The position numbers were made by a program, and so were the translations under genes. The notes under the pieces are model-generated. The model was not told where the DNA came from and did no database searches. It saw nothing but the letters and a program-made list of their open reading frames with translations. This document shows positions 10,421 to 19,457 of a DNA stretch of 64,000 nt, piece by piece; the first letter of the stretch is position 1, and the number at the start of each line of letters is the position of its first letter. Origin of the DNA: Aureliella sp. (lineage in GTDB: Bacteria; Planctomycetota; Planctomycetia; Pirellulales; Pirellulaceae); assembly GCA_963691875.1 (NCBI GenBank), contig OY829846.1, positions 3,360,001-3,424,000 on the forward strand, written 5' to 3'.

Positions 10421-11260
10421 CTATAAGTTTGCTCCGAGTTTCTGCAGGACTGCTGTCACTGAGTCCGCCCAACCTTGCGCGCCAGCACTATCCGCCACCA
10501 GACCATTGTGCGCTTTTACTTCCACATGGACCACCCCGTTAGGCGATGGGATACCAATCGGGTAGTCAGCAATGTCGAGCATACTTTGGTCAATCGGGCT
10601 GTCTCCGATGGCGATCGAGGTCCAATTACCTGGATTCTTAGTCTGCAGATACGACATGACATATTGCATTGCATTGCCTTTTGAAGTCTGACCTGCGACA
10701 TGCCAGAATCTGCCACCGCGCGTGAAAGTAAGGCCCTCGTCTGCTAATTGCCTGGCAAAGAAATCTAACTTGACATCTGAGTCGCGCCAAAGTAGCGGCT
10801 CGGTCGATGCTCTTTGCATCGCTAACCGAGCTCTGCCCTCCGGTAGATCAGTACTTGCAATCACACCCGACAAACCAAGATCCTCAAAGGACTCGAAGTG
10901 GAACTCGCCCTTGAGTTTCTGCAGGTTTTCCAAGATTTGCTTTCGGGACGCTCCCAAAATCTGCCCCGGCGTAGAGTCTTCGCGACTCCAATACACAGCG
11001 CCGCCATTCTCGCAGATGATCGGTGCATCAGCGAGTTCCATTTCTTCTGCCAGCAAACGCATTTCCAAAACTGTTTTGCTTGAAGCGAGAATCACAGGCA
11101 GATTTAGATCGCGTATGGCCTGAAGCAGCGGAACTGCGGGCGCAAAACTGTAGTCTTCTTTGTTCAGCAAACAACCGTCTAGGTCTGATACGATGGCAAT
11201 CCGTTGGTTCACGCTTTGGGTTCTTTCAGTTTTGGCTCTATCGGTGGCGGAGGTCGTCAA
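10421..11260 (-). CDS. Mannosyl/glucosyl-3-phosphoglycerate phosphatase (HAD IIB, MpgP/YedP family)
   Basis: SDLDGCLL, ASSKT, ICENG, GGRFWH, SKG and GDSPID motifs. Confidence 0.85.
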   Translation of the reverse strand: MTTSATDRAKTERTQSVNQRIAIVSDLDGCLLNKEDYSFAPAVPLLQAIRDLNLPVILASSKTVLEMRLLAEEMELADAPIICENGGAVYWSREDSTPGQILGASRKQILENLQKLKGEFHFESFEDLGLSGVIASTDLPEGRARLAMQRASTEPLLWRDSDVKLDFFARQLADEGLTFTRGGRFWHVAGQTSKGNAMQYVMSYLQTKNPGNWTSIAIGDSPIDQSMLDIADYPIGIPSPNGVVHVEVKAHNGLVADSAGAQGWADSVTAVLQKLGANL

Positions 11261-11404
11261 GACTTTCGGGGCTGTTCAACTTTTCCTCGGCGAAATGCAG
11301 TGAGGTAACCGTCGACTAGCGCCAAAGCAGCTCAGGTCGAATGGGGGCAAACAAGGTTTTGGCTTGGGTGAGCACCATCGCATCCAGCAACCTTCGAGAA
11401 AATT

Positions 11405-11470
11405 TCACAACTCGAAGCTTAAGCGACGAAAAGACTGGTAGCCCGGCCTCACGCACGCTTCGAGTCATGA
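11405..11470. repeat. REP-like hairpin element of the ACCCGAAGCG family
   Basis: TCACAACTCGAAGC...GCTTCGAGTCATGA inverted arms; related sequences at 6888-6908, 29823-29886 and 49218-49235. Confidence 0.65.
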
Positions 11471-11485
11471 ATGCAGGGCGAAAAG

Positions 11486-13273
11486 CTAGAACTTGGCGTT
11501 GAGCGGTCGTTCGCGCTTCTGATGCTGCTCGCGAGGGTAGAGGAGGTCGTCCATCTCTGCGTCTCCGGGAGTTTCCAGATTCATTCCATCGTAAAGGTTC
11601 GGCAATCGAATACTACGATAGATGGACCAGCCGTAGGGGCTGCCAAGAGGACTCATGCACTGGAGTTCGAAGACTTTTTCTGGATTCTCGCCAGGGGTGA
11701 TTTCGAAAATCCGTGCCCACTGGCGATCCGCAGGAACGTTGTCATCGGGCGTGCCATCTTCCAGCTCGATGTGACCGCCATCAGTGACCAAGATATTCTT
11801 TGTCTTCGGCTGAAGGTCTGCTTCACAATAAAACGGGCTATAAAAACGCTCTTCGTCGCCTCCGTCGAAGGCGTAAACCTGTCTGACGGTCATCGCCTGC
11901 TCATCGATCTGATATTCGACTACGCGGCTGCGATTCTCAGGAGCAAGCGTCGCCTTTACGAATGGGCTGGCACGATAGTTCCCATTGTCAAACATCATGA
12001 TTGTGCCACGCTCGGTCACTTGAGGTGCATGCTGGTGATAGAACCATTGCAGGTCGCCCTCTGGCTTCAATAAATACTTGTGCCAGGGCTTGGACCAGTT
12101 GTCATGATTGCCCAAGATCCATTTGATCTTTTTGGTCTTCCAATCAATCTTTATCACGCAATCCAAGTGACGCAGGGAAACGATCACGGCATCTTCGTCG
12201 GGAAGGTGCACCAGCGCGTTGGCATGGCTCCAATCGCGGGACTTCTCGTTATTCAGGTAGTCGTTGTATTTATCCTTCCAGAATCCACTCAGCGCCATGT
12301 AGCCAAAGCGACGGGTGTCGAGCACATCCTTCATGTACAGCTCGTTGACAATCTTTCCGCTGTCTGGTGCGAACTCGATGATGCGATCGCAAACCACGTA
12401 GGCCGGGGACCAAGGCGCCTTGTCCGTAAATTCACTGGTCGGGAACTCAAGGAATCGGCGAAGCTCTGTGGCGAGTGTCAAAAAACTGCCACTCTCGGTT
12501 TCCACAAGATCGTGGTGAATCGTATCGACCTTGACCGGAATTGTTTTATTTTTCGACAAACCGTCATTGGGGAGCTCGGTCAAGTTTGTAGCAGTCCACC
12601 GATGGAGGTCGCGCCCTAACAAGTCAATTTCATAGGCCGAGCGGTAGCTTCCATGCTGGTAGATTAAGGTACCTGCCTTGGTAAACCGCATGTCGGCAAT
12701 GCGATCACGCGTGTTGCAGAACCACACTACGTCTCCTTTTTCGTCCACGCCAATGATGAAGCCGTAATCGAGAATGCTAGTCGAGTTGTTCCAGAAATTG
12801 ATGGCGAACAGCGTAACGCCAGGCTCCATCTTTTCGGGTTTCGAAAGGAGAGTCCGGATCGGCGGAAAGTTTGCTGGTAGAGGATCCGTGGTGAACTCCA
12901 TTGGATCGCTCGTTTCCGTTTCGGTCTCACCCGGCACATGCACGCGCACTTGAATCCGATGACTGCGACCTGGTCGCAACCCCATTACTGCGATCGAATG
13001 CTTCTCCTTCGCGCTGGTTATGGGCGGCTGCTCCCAACTGTTCGTTCCATCGGTGACGAGCACAGTTGCCAGAACTTTTGTGCTGCACTCAAACTCTGCG
13101 ATTGCGATCAGCGGTGCTCGCTGAATCGGATTGGGCCGAATCGTGGTTTTTTTGAGGAAGAGTTTCGCCGTATCTTGGCAAATCGCGTCGTTGGCGAGAG
13201 TCACGAACGAAATGAGGAGCCCTACCAAAAGTTGCCTGCAGAGAGGAGAGCTTATTCGCCACATAGGAGCCAC
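11486..13273 (-). CDS. Aryl-sulfate sulfotransferase (ASST family) with N-terminal Ig-like domain
   Basis: Signal peptide; NP...APL.A N-domain; HHD, DWSHANAL, SLRH, HQHAP, FDNGNYR and terminal YRS motifs. Confidence 0.85.
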   Translation of the reverse strand: MAPMWRISSPLCRQLLVGLLISFVTLANDAICQDTAKLFLKKTTIRPNPIQRAPLIAIAEFECSTKVLATVLVTDGTNSWEQPPITSAKEKHSIAVMGLRPGRSHRIQVRVHVPGETETETSDPMEFTTDPLPANFPPIRTLLSKPEKMEPGVTLFAINFWNNSTSILDYGFIIGVDEKGDVVWFCNTRDRIADMRFTKAGTLIYQHGSYRSAYEIDLLGRDLHRWTATNLTELPNDGLSKNKTIPVKVDTIHHDLVETESGSFLTLATELRRFLEFPTSEFTDKAPWSPAYVVCDRIIEFAPDSGKIVNELYMKDVLDTRRFGYMALSGFWKDKYNDYLNNEKSRDWSHANALVHLPDEDAVIVSLRHLDCVIKIDWKTKKIKWILGNHDNWSKPWHKYLLKPEGDLQWFYHQHAPQVTERGTIMMFDNGNYRASPFVKATLAPENRSRVVEYQIDEQAMTVRQVYAFDGGDEERFYSPFYCEADLQPKTKNILVTDGGHIELEDGTPDDNVPADRQWARIFEITPGENPEKVFELQCMSPLGSPYGWSIYRSIRLPNLYDGMNLETPGDAEMDDLLYPREQHQKRERPLNAKF

Positions 13274-13388
13274 CTTGGATTGGATTCGCGAGCGGCGAAG
13301 AGGTTCGGCGCGGGCAAAGCAAATGGAGCATCGAAAAGATTCGAAGCCCCATTATATTGGCTCGGACTGCAAAAGCTATCTAACGCAG

Positions 13389-14783
13389 TTAAGCAGTGTG
13401 AATGGCTCGCTTCGAGACTGCCATGGCTGCTTCGTGCATCAACTCTGACAAAGTTGGGTGTGCGTGGCAGCAACGTGCTATGTCTTCGCTACTCGCTCCA
13501 AATTCCATTGCCGCTACAGCTTCTGCGATCAAGTCGCCAGCTCGTGAGCCGATGATATGGACTCCCAAAACACGGTCCGTCTTCGCGTCGGCCAGCAACT
13601 TCACTCGCCCAGCCGTATCCCCCAAGGCGAGGGCACGGCCGCTAGCGCCGTAAGGGCAAATCCCCTTAATGTATTCAACTCCAGCCTCCTTGAGCTGTTC
13701 TTCTGTTTTGCCAACCGAAGCGATTTCAGGATGAGTGTAGACAATCGCTGGAATCGCGTCGTAGTTGACATGACTCTTCATGCCCGCGATACGTTCGACG
13801 CAGACGATGCCTTCTTCGCTGGCTTTGTGCGCGAGCATCGCTCCGCCGGTCAAGTCGCCGATGGCATAGACACCCCGGACTGCCGTTTGAAAGTTCTCGT
13901 CGACGGGAACGAAACCGCGCTTGTCTGTTTCAATCCCGACAGATTCGAGGCCGAGCTCGTCTGAGCAAGGCACGCGACCAGTGGACATCAATACTCGGTC
14001 GCATTCAATCGGCTCAGCGTCCTTACACTTCACCGTGCATTTGTCACCGTCGCGTGTCACGCTTTCGACGAACATCTTGGTCCGGAACTCAAGGCCTTGC
14101 TTCGTAAAGGTACGAACCGCAATCTGTCCGATCTCTCCGTCCAAGCCTGCGAGGACTCGGTCCATGGCTTCTAGAACAATTACTTTACTACCGAGTCGAC
14201 TCCAGACGCTGCCAAGCTCCAGTCCGATGTACCCGCCACCGATGACCACCAGAGTTTCGGGCACTTCTGGGTAGTTGAGTGCGCTGGTGCTGTCCCCGAT
14301 GCGATCGCCGTCAAAATCAACTCCTGGCATCATCCAAGGTCGGCTGCCTGTAGCCAGGATGATGTGCTTCGCGCGAATGTTGACTGGTCTGTCTTTTGTG
14401 CTGACTTCAACTGTATCGACGGATGATAACTTGCCACGACCGTTGTAAGCGGTCACTTTGTTTCGCTTCAGCAACATGGAAACGCCGCCGGTGAGTTGCG
14501 AAACGATCTTGTCCTTGCGGGCCAACATGGCGGATAGATCGAGTCCGACTTCCCCGACGTTGACACCGTGCGTCTTCAGCGAAGTTGTCGATTCGTGGTA
14601 AAGATGGCTGGACTCCAACAGAGCTTTGCTAGGGATACAGCCAACTCGCAAGCAGGTTCCGCCGAACGCGTCATTCTCATCAACACAGGCCGTGTTCATG
14701 CCAAGCTGAGCTGCTCGAATCGCCGCTACATAGCCTCCAGGTCCACCCCCAACAACGACGCAATCATGTTCGACAATGCTCAT
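13389..14783 (-). CDS. lpdA: Dihydrolipoyl dehydrogenase
   Basis: GGGPGGYVAAIRAAQLG, GGTCLRVGCIPSK redox disulfide, GGGYIGLE, MLAHKA, HAHPTLSE. Confidence 0.97.
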   Translation of the reverse strand: MSIVEHDCVVVGGGPGGYVAAIRAAQLGMNTACVDENDAFGGTCLRVGCIPSKALLESSHLYHESTTSLKTHGVNVGEVGLDLSAMLARKDKIVSQLTGGVSMLLKRNKVTAYNGRGKLSSVDTVEVSTKDRPVNIRAKHIILATGSRPWMMPGVDFDGDRIGDSTSALNYPEVPETLVVIGGGYIGLELGSVWSRLGSKVIVLEAMDRVLAGLDGEIGQIAVRTFTKQGLEFRTKMFVESVTRDGDKCTVKCKDAEPIECDRVLMSTGRVPCSDELGLESVGIETDKRGFVPVDENFQTAVRGVYAIGDLTGGAMLAHKASEEGIVCVERIAGMKSHVNYDAIPAIVYTHPEIASVGKTEEQLKEAGVEYIKGICPYGASGRALALGDTAGRVKLLADAKTDRVLGVHIIGSRAGDLIAEAVAAMEFGASSEDIARCCHAHPTLSELMHEAAMAVSKRAIHTA

Positions 14784-15115
14784 TGAACTCTTCTTTGATC
14801 CTGTAATTGAGTAGAAACGGAGTTAATTGATGGCGGCTAAAGGAACCGCCGGATCCGCACCAGAGCGACACGCTTCTTGGGACTTGCCCGGAGGTGTAAA
14901 AGCATAACAACGGGCCTTGATTCCGAGCAGGGGCAGAAGCCGAGATTTACTTTCGTTTCAGGAGGGCAAATGGCCACTTTGCCCGACGATTCTCGGCTGA
15001 ATTTCTTGCTGGCATCGAGTATCATGAGCGGATGTTCCTTCATTTGGAAGAAAACCCTTTCACTCTCACGCTGGAGAAACATTCGTCCAGCACTTGCTCG
15101 CCCTAAGGAGCCAAC

Positions 15116-16198
15116 ATGAAACTTCCCGCCTCCCAATGGCTCGTCCTCACTCTACTTATCTGCCTAGCCGGCTCTGCGACAAGCAGCTCTGCTGTCGCAG
15201 CCGATCGACTATTCTTTGACTCTGACAAAGCTGGCGCAAAGCATGCCGTGCTCGTTTCCGGCGACGAAGAGTATCGGACCGAAGAGTCCATGCCAATGCT
15301 GGCCAAGATTCTCAACCGCAAGTACGGATTTAAATGCACAGTGCTCTTCTCCCTAGCCGCCGACGGATCGGGCTACATTGACTCTAACAACCAGCAAGGC
15401 ATCGTCGGCTGGGAAGCACTTGATACGGCGGACCTGATGATCATCGGTACCCGTTTTCGTAGTCCTGACGAAGCAGGCGCGAAGCACATCACCGCTTTCC
15501 TCAACGCGGGCAAGCCAGTCGTTGGTATTCGTACTTCCACTCACGCGTTTCGTGGCGGCGGCAGCTTCGGAGGAATTTCCTACAACGACTTTGGCATCAA
15601 GGTCCTTGGCGAACGTTGGGTAAGTCACCATGGCGGCCACAAACGTCAAGGAGCTCGAAGTGTTGTCGAGAAGGGCCAAGAGAAGCATCCGATCTTGAGC
15701 GGTGTTGGCGATATTTTCTGCCCCTCTGATGTCTACGGCGTGAAGAACCTGACCGATGCCGACCAAGTTTTACTTCGCGCCGCAGTAACCGAGTCACTTG
15801 ATCCAAGTTCACCGAACTTGTCCGGCGATGCCGACAAGAATGGCAAGAACAGCCCAATGCAAGCCTTCGGTTGGTTGCACGAGTACAAGACGCCGGACGG
15901 CAAGGGAACAGGCAGGTCCTTCTGCACCACAGGCGGCGCATCAGTTGACTTCGTGGACGAGGATTTGCGACGGTTGATCGTGAACTCCTCCTTGTACCTG
16001 ACTGACCAAGACGTTCCTGAGAAGGCAGATGTGGAGTACGTCGATCCGTTTTACCCAAGCTTTTATGGCTTCATCCGCGACAAAGACTACTTCCGCAAGC
16101 TCAACCTCAAGCCTGAAGATTTGGCCTACGGCAAGAACCCAGCTTCACCTGACCCCCAAGGAAGCCCTAAGTGGGAATTCCGCCCGATGAAGAAGTAG
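15116..16198 (+). CDS. Secreted ThuA-like (trehalose utilisation / class I glutamine amidotransferase-like) domain protein
   Basis: Signal peptide; VLVSGDEEYRTEESMPMLAKIL, GKPVVGIRTSTHAF, HPIL, RSFCTTGG. Confidence 0.8.
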   Translation: MKLPASQWLVLTLLICLAGSATSSSAVAADRLFFDSDKAGAKHAVLVSGDEEYRTEESMPMLAKILNRKYGFKCTVLFSLAADGSGYIDSNNQQGIVGWEALDTADLMIIGTRFRSPDEAGAKHITAFLNAGKPVVGIRTSTHAFRGGGSFGGISYNDFGIKVLGERWVSHHGGHKRQGARSVVEKGQEKHPILSGVGDIFCPSDVYGVKNLTDADQVLLRAAVTESLDPSSPNLSGDADKNGKNSPMQAFGWLHEYKTPDGKGTGRSFCTTGGASVDFVDEDLRRLIVNSSLYLTDQDVPEKADVEYVDPFYPSFYGFIRDKDYFRKLNLKPEDLAYGKNPASPDPQGSPKWEFRPMKK

Positions 16199-16251
16199 CA
16201 GACAGAGGTCAGCATGACGCGCTGAGAATTAAAGCGTCAAAGCTTCCAACT

Positions 16252-16287
16252 CGACGGCCCTGGGAATACCTGGGGCCGTTGTTCGTT
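16252..16287 (+). terminator. Possible intrinsic terminator after the ThuA gene
   Basis: CGACGGCCCTGG-loop-CTGGGGCCGTTG hairpin with G-U pairs and a weak U tract. Confidence 0.4.
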
Positions 16288-16379
16288 CCGGTGAATCCCC
16301 AACGGATAGGAGCACCAATTTGTCTGGACCAGCATTTGCCTACTCGTACTTTTATCCGTTCGAGTCCGTACTCGGAAAG

Positions 16380-17135
16380 ATCGACGAGCTATCGGGGGGC
16401 CAAGCAGTCCACGAGTTCGCAAGTGGTCTACGATTCGCAAGTGGTCTACGATTCGCAAGTGGTCTACGATTCGCGACTTTTCAAGAACAATAAGGCACAA
16501 CCTATTTCTCGCAAGGCAGATTTGGTTAGGCCTTTTTGGGTTGCGAAGCATCTGCAGGCCTTGGTGTAGTACGTTCGGACACGCTTTCACGAACATCTGG
16601 ATGCTGCGACGAGAGCACTCGCAGACTCGATCATCACTGCGCATAAAGCTTCTCTGCGCTTCGAAGTATGTTCTGGTTGTTGCAGCCCCGACGCCCGAAT
16701 CGATTTACCTCCTGAAGCCATTCGTGGGCAAACTCTTAATTGCGGGACGACGAATGTCGATTTCAATTGAAACGATAATTGCATCGCTGAGCAAAGTACG
16801 AGCAAGCGATCAGTTGAATTTTTCAATTAACGCTGATGAATTGGTATTGGAGAAGCTTGAAGATCACATAGTAGAAAAGAAGGTGCAACTGCCACTGCGT
16901 TGGCTAAGAGGACTTGCCGCGGCGACAAGCTAAGGAGAAAGGCTTGTGTGCCAGCATGAAATTTCCGCGGACCATGCAGCTCGCTTCCTAAGATCATTGC
17001 CCAGGAATCCAGATAAACGCTCACGCTGGTACGTTCAAATCGTCTGAAACATCATTGCGGATGAGCCAACGCAAGAGCTCGCAGGGTGTTACTGCTGGAG
17101 GCATTCATCGCCTACGTGCACTTGAAGACCTAGTT
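16380..17135 (+). pseudogene. Relic of a SWIM zinc-finger family protein (N-terminal region); boundaries approximate
   Basis: Stitched translation RPFWVAKHLQALV*YVRTRFHEHLDAATRALADSIITAHKASLRFEVCSGCCSPDARIDLPPEAIRGQTLNCGTTNVDFN*, then a frameshift to ASLSKVR...IVEKKVQLPLRWLRGLA. This fits the ADPVVT/LRFESFSGCCGVYAR/GTTNVDFN/VERKV.LP.RWLRG pattern I recall for this family. Confidence 0.65.
16416..16474. repeat. 18-bp tandem repeat, about 3.3 copies
   Basis: TTCGCAAGTGGTCTACGA x3 plus TTCGC, with no spacers. Confidence 0.95.
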
Positions 17136-17282
17136 CGTTTCGCAATAACAACTTGCAGACCGATAACGAGCGTTACAAGCAAGATGCGCAAGTGAGTGAG
17201 TCAGAGTGAGTAATCTAAGCAAGAAGGTGCTAGAGTTTGACAAACCAGAGGCCCACTCACTTTTATTGAAGGGGTTGAACGC

Positions 17283-17681
17283 CTAGCAAGCAGCGCGGCG
17301 CGAGAGGGGTAGAAAGACGGTGTAAGCAATGCCGTAGCCGTAGAAGGCAGTGAGCAACACAAGCGTTGTTGCTTGGCCGATTTGAGCTGGATCGTCAAGT
17401 GCCGCAAGCAGTTGTATGACACCGATTAGCACGCCGAGCCAACCTGCAGCGATAAAGGCCTTCATGCCCGTTTCGGCAACTGCGGGCTCAAAGCCACCTT
17501 TGCCGTTGCGTGAATCCGGGCGTTCCAGGAGCGAGCGGCCGTGAGCTGCGAAGAGAATGCCGCACCCGACCACGACGACAAAAATGAGCCCAGGAACATC
17601 AATGAATGCAGGCGTCGAATCAGCCAGAACGATAACGCTCGCAATTCCAAGTACAACCATCAAAGTTCCCAAGTAACGCAT
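17283..17681 (-). CDS. Small membrane protein, MotA/TolQ/ExbB proton-channel-like
   Basis: FIDVPGLIFVV; GWLGVLIGVIQLLAALDDPAQIG...LLTAFYG, resembling MotA TM3/TM4. Confidence 0.7.
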   Translation of the reverse strand: MRYLGTLMVVLGIASVIVLADSTPAFIDVPGLIFVVVVGCGILFAAHGRSLLERPDSRNGKGGFEPAVAETGMKAFIAAGWLGVLIGVIQLLAALDDPAQIGQATTLVLLTAFYGYGIAYTVFLPLSRRAAC

Positions 17682-17981
17682 TACTGCTTCTTAGTCAGAA
17701 GTTTACCCTTTTGCCAAACTGACGAAGCGCTCGTCCCAGCACTATTCGCGATTCCGTTGAACTCTAGCTCAGGAAAGTGAGTCATGCATCTCTCAATACT
17801 GATCCGCCGAGTCGTTCGAGAGCATTCGGCAAAAAGTGGTATTCGAGCATGAAAAATTGGGATGGTCTCGGTTTTTCAGCGACTGAGATTCAATCCTTTT
17901 CCGACTAGCCGCAAATCGCGTTTGGCTTAGAATTCACGGTTCTCGCTCCCGTTCCCGTTCCTCACCACGCTGTTAAGAACC

Positions 17982-19073
17982 GTGTCGTCTGCTCCCACCT
18001 CTTCCGAACCGATGAATCTGCCTGAGCTGCAGATTGGAAATCTAAAGATTGGTTTTCCCGTGGTGCAAGCTGCGCTTAGCGGCTACAGCGATTGGCCCAT
18101 GCGTATGATCGCGCGCGAGCATGGTGCTAGCTACACGCTTTGCGAAGTGATGCTGGATCAGTTTCTGGTTCAATTTCGAGATCGTTCGAAGAACAAGCAC
18201 TTTTTGCACAACTCCGAGGAAGAAAAGCCGGTTGCTGGACAGTTGATGGGTGCCGAACCCGAGCAATTCTCCTTGGGCGCAGCAAAACTCGTCGAGGCGG
18301 GCTTTGACGTCATTGATATCAATTTCGGCTGCCCAGTGAAGAAAGTACTGGGGCGTTGCCGAGGCGGGTTTCACTTGAGCCAGCCAGAAATCGCTTTGGA
18401 CATCATCCGACGCACGCGCGATATCGTACCGCCTGAGATTCCAGTGACGGTGAAGATGCGTCGCGGAATCGATGACACTCAGAAAAGCCGCGATAACTTC
18501 TTCGAGATTCTAGAAGGAGGATTTGCCGCAGGCTTGGCAGCAGCCACCGTTCATGGACGCACTGTAGAGCAGCGTTACAAGGGGCCGAGCCGCTGGCAGT
18601 TTTTGCGGGAGCTCAAAGATCAGTTTCCAAATCGGACGATTTTAGGCAGTGGAGATTTGTTCAGTGCCGAAGACTGTTTTCGGATGATGAGCGAAACGGG
18701 AGTCGACGGTGTGACGGTGGCTCGTGGAGCAATTGGCAATCCTTGGATTTTCACTCAGGCCAGAGCCGTCGCTGCTGGCGAGGCGCTTCCCCCACCGCCA
18801 ACGGTCCTTGAGCAACGCAAAGTCCTGGAGCGTCACTGGGACCTGGCATGTCAGATTTACGGTGATAAGCGCTGCGGCCAGTTGCTACGCAAGTTTGGAA
18901 TCAAGTATTCGGCTTCCCACCCTAGTTTTGCCGACGTTAGGCCAGCGTTTACCAAGATTCGAAGCCTGGATGATTGGCAAGGTGTGCTGAATCAGTGGTA
19001 CGTCGAGGATGCGCCAGGCCTGTATCCATCGGCCGAAATCCATCGTGTCCAAGGCTCGGGCGGGAACGAGTAG
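17982..19073 (+). CDS. dusB: tRNA-dihydrouridine synthase (DusB-like); start may be ATG 18012
   Basis: DINFGCPVKKV catalytic motif, PVTVKMR, TVHGRT, GSGDL, DGVTVARGAIGNPWIF. Confidence 0.88.
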   Translation: MSSAPTSSEPMNLPELQIGNLKIGFPVVQAALSGYSDWPMRMIAREHGASYTLCEVMLDQFLVQFRDRSKNKHFLHNSEEEKPVAGQLMGAEPEQFSLGAAKLVEAGFDVIDINFGCPVKKVLGRCRGGFHLSQPEIALDIIRRTRDIVPPEIPVTVKMRRGIDDTQKSRDNFFEILEGGFAAGLAAATVHGRTVEQRYKGPSRWQFLRELKDQFPNRTILGSGDLFSAEDCFRMMSETGVDGVTVARGAIGNPWIFTQARAVAAGEALPPPPTVLEQRKVLERHWDLACQIYGDKRCGQLLRKFGIKYSASHPSFADVRPAFTKIRSLDDWQGVLNQWYVEDAPGLYPSAEIHRVQGSGGNE

Positions 19074-19124
19074 CGCCCGCCTGGGCAACAAAGCCAATTC
19101 AACTTAGAAAAGCGTTGGAAAAAG

Positions 19125-19154
19125 TTGACATCGCGAGGCAACGTCGGCTAGCCT
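19125..19154 (+). promoter_or_regulatory. Candidate sigma70 promoter
   Basis: TTGACA (19125-19130), 18-bp spacer, TAGCCT, about 300 bp upstream of the 19458 CDS. Confidence 0.35.
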
Positions 19155-19457
19155 ATGAAGGACGGTGTTAGGTCCTCTTTTCGCCCGTTGGCATCGGACC
19201 TGCGCTATTCCTGAGAGCCAGATTGGTGAGATTTCTAGCAAATTGAGGCTGCCTTAGAGGGCAAGCCTAATAAAGTATCTTGTGGTGCGTTGAGTTTGCT
19301 GAAACGAATTTCGCTGGATGCCGAGTTAAGAATTGGCTTTCAGTCACTTTTCTTGCGGTAACTTCTCAGAATGCGTCCGATTTGACGATAAGTATTCGCG
19401 TCGGTTTTCTCGTCCTGTTCAAGGACTGAGCCAACTCCTCGTTGAGGCAGATGAATC

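Noticed and set aside
16416..16474. 18-bp repeats as a CRISPR array
   Set aside because: Units are directly adjacent with no spacers, too short, and no cas genes are present.
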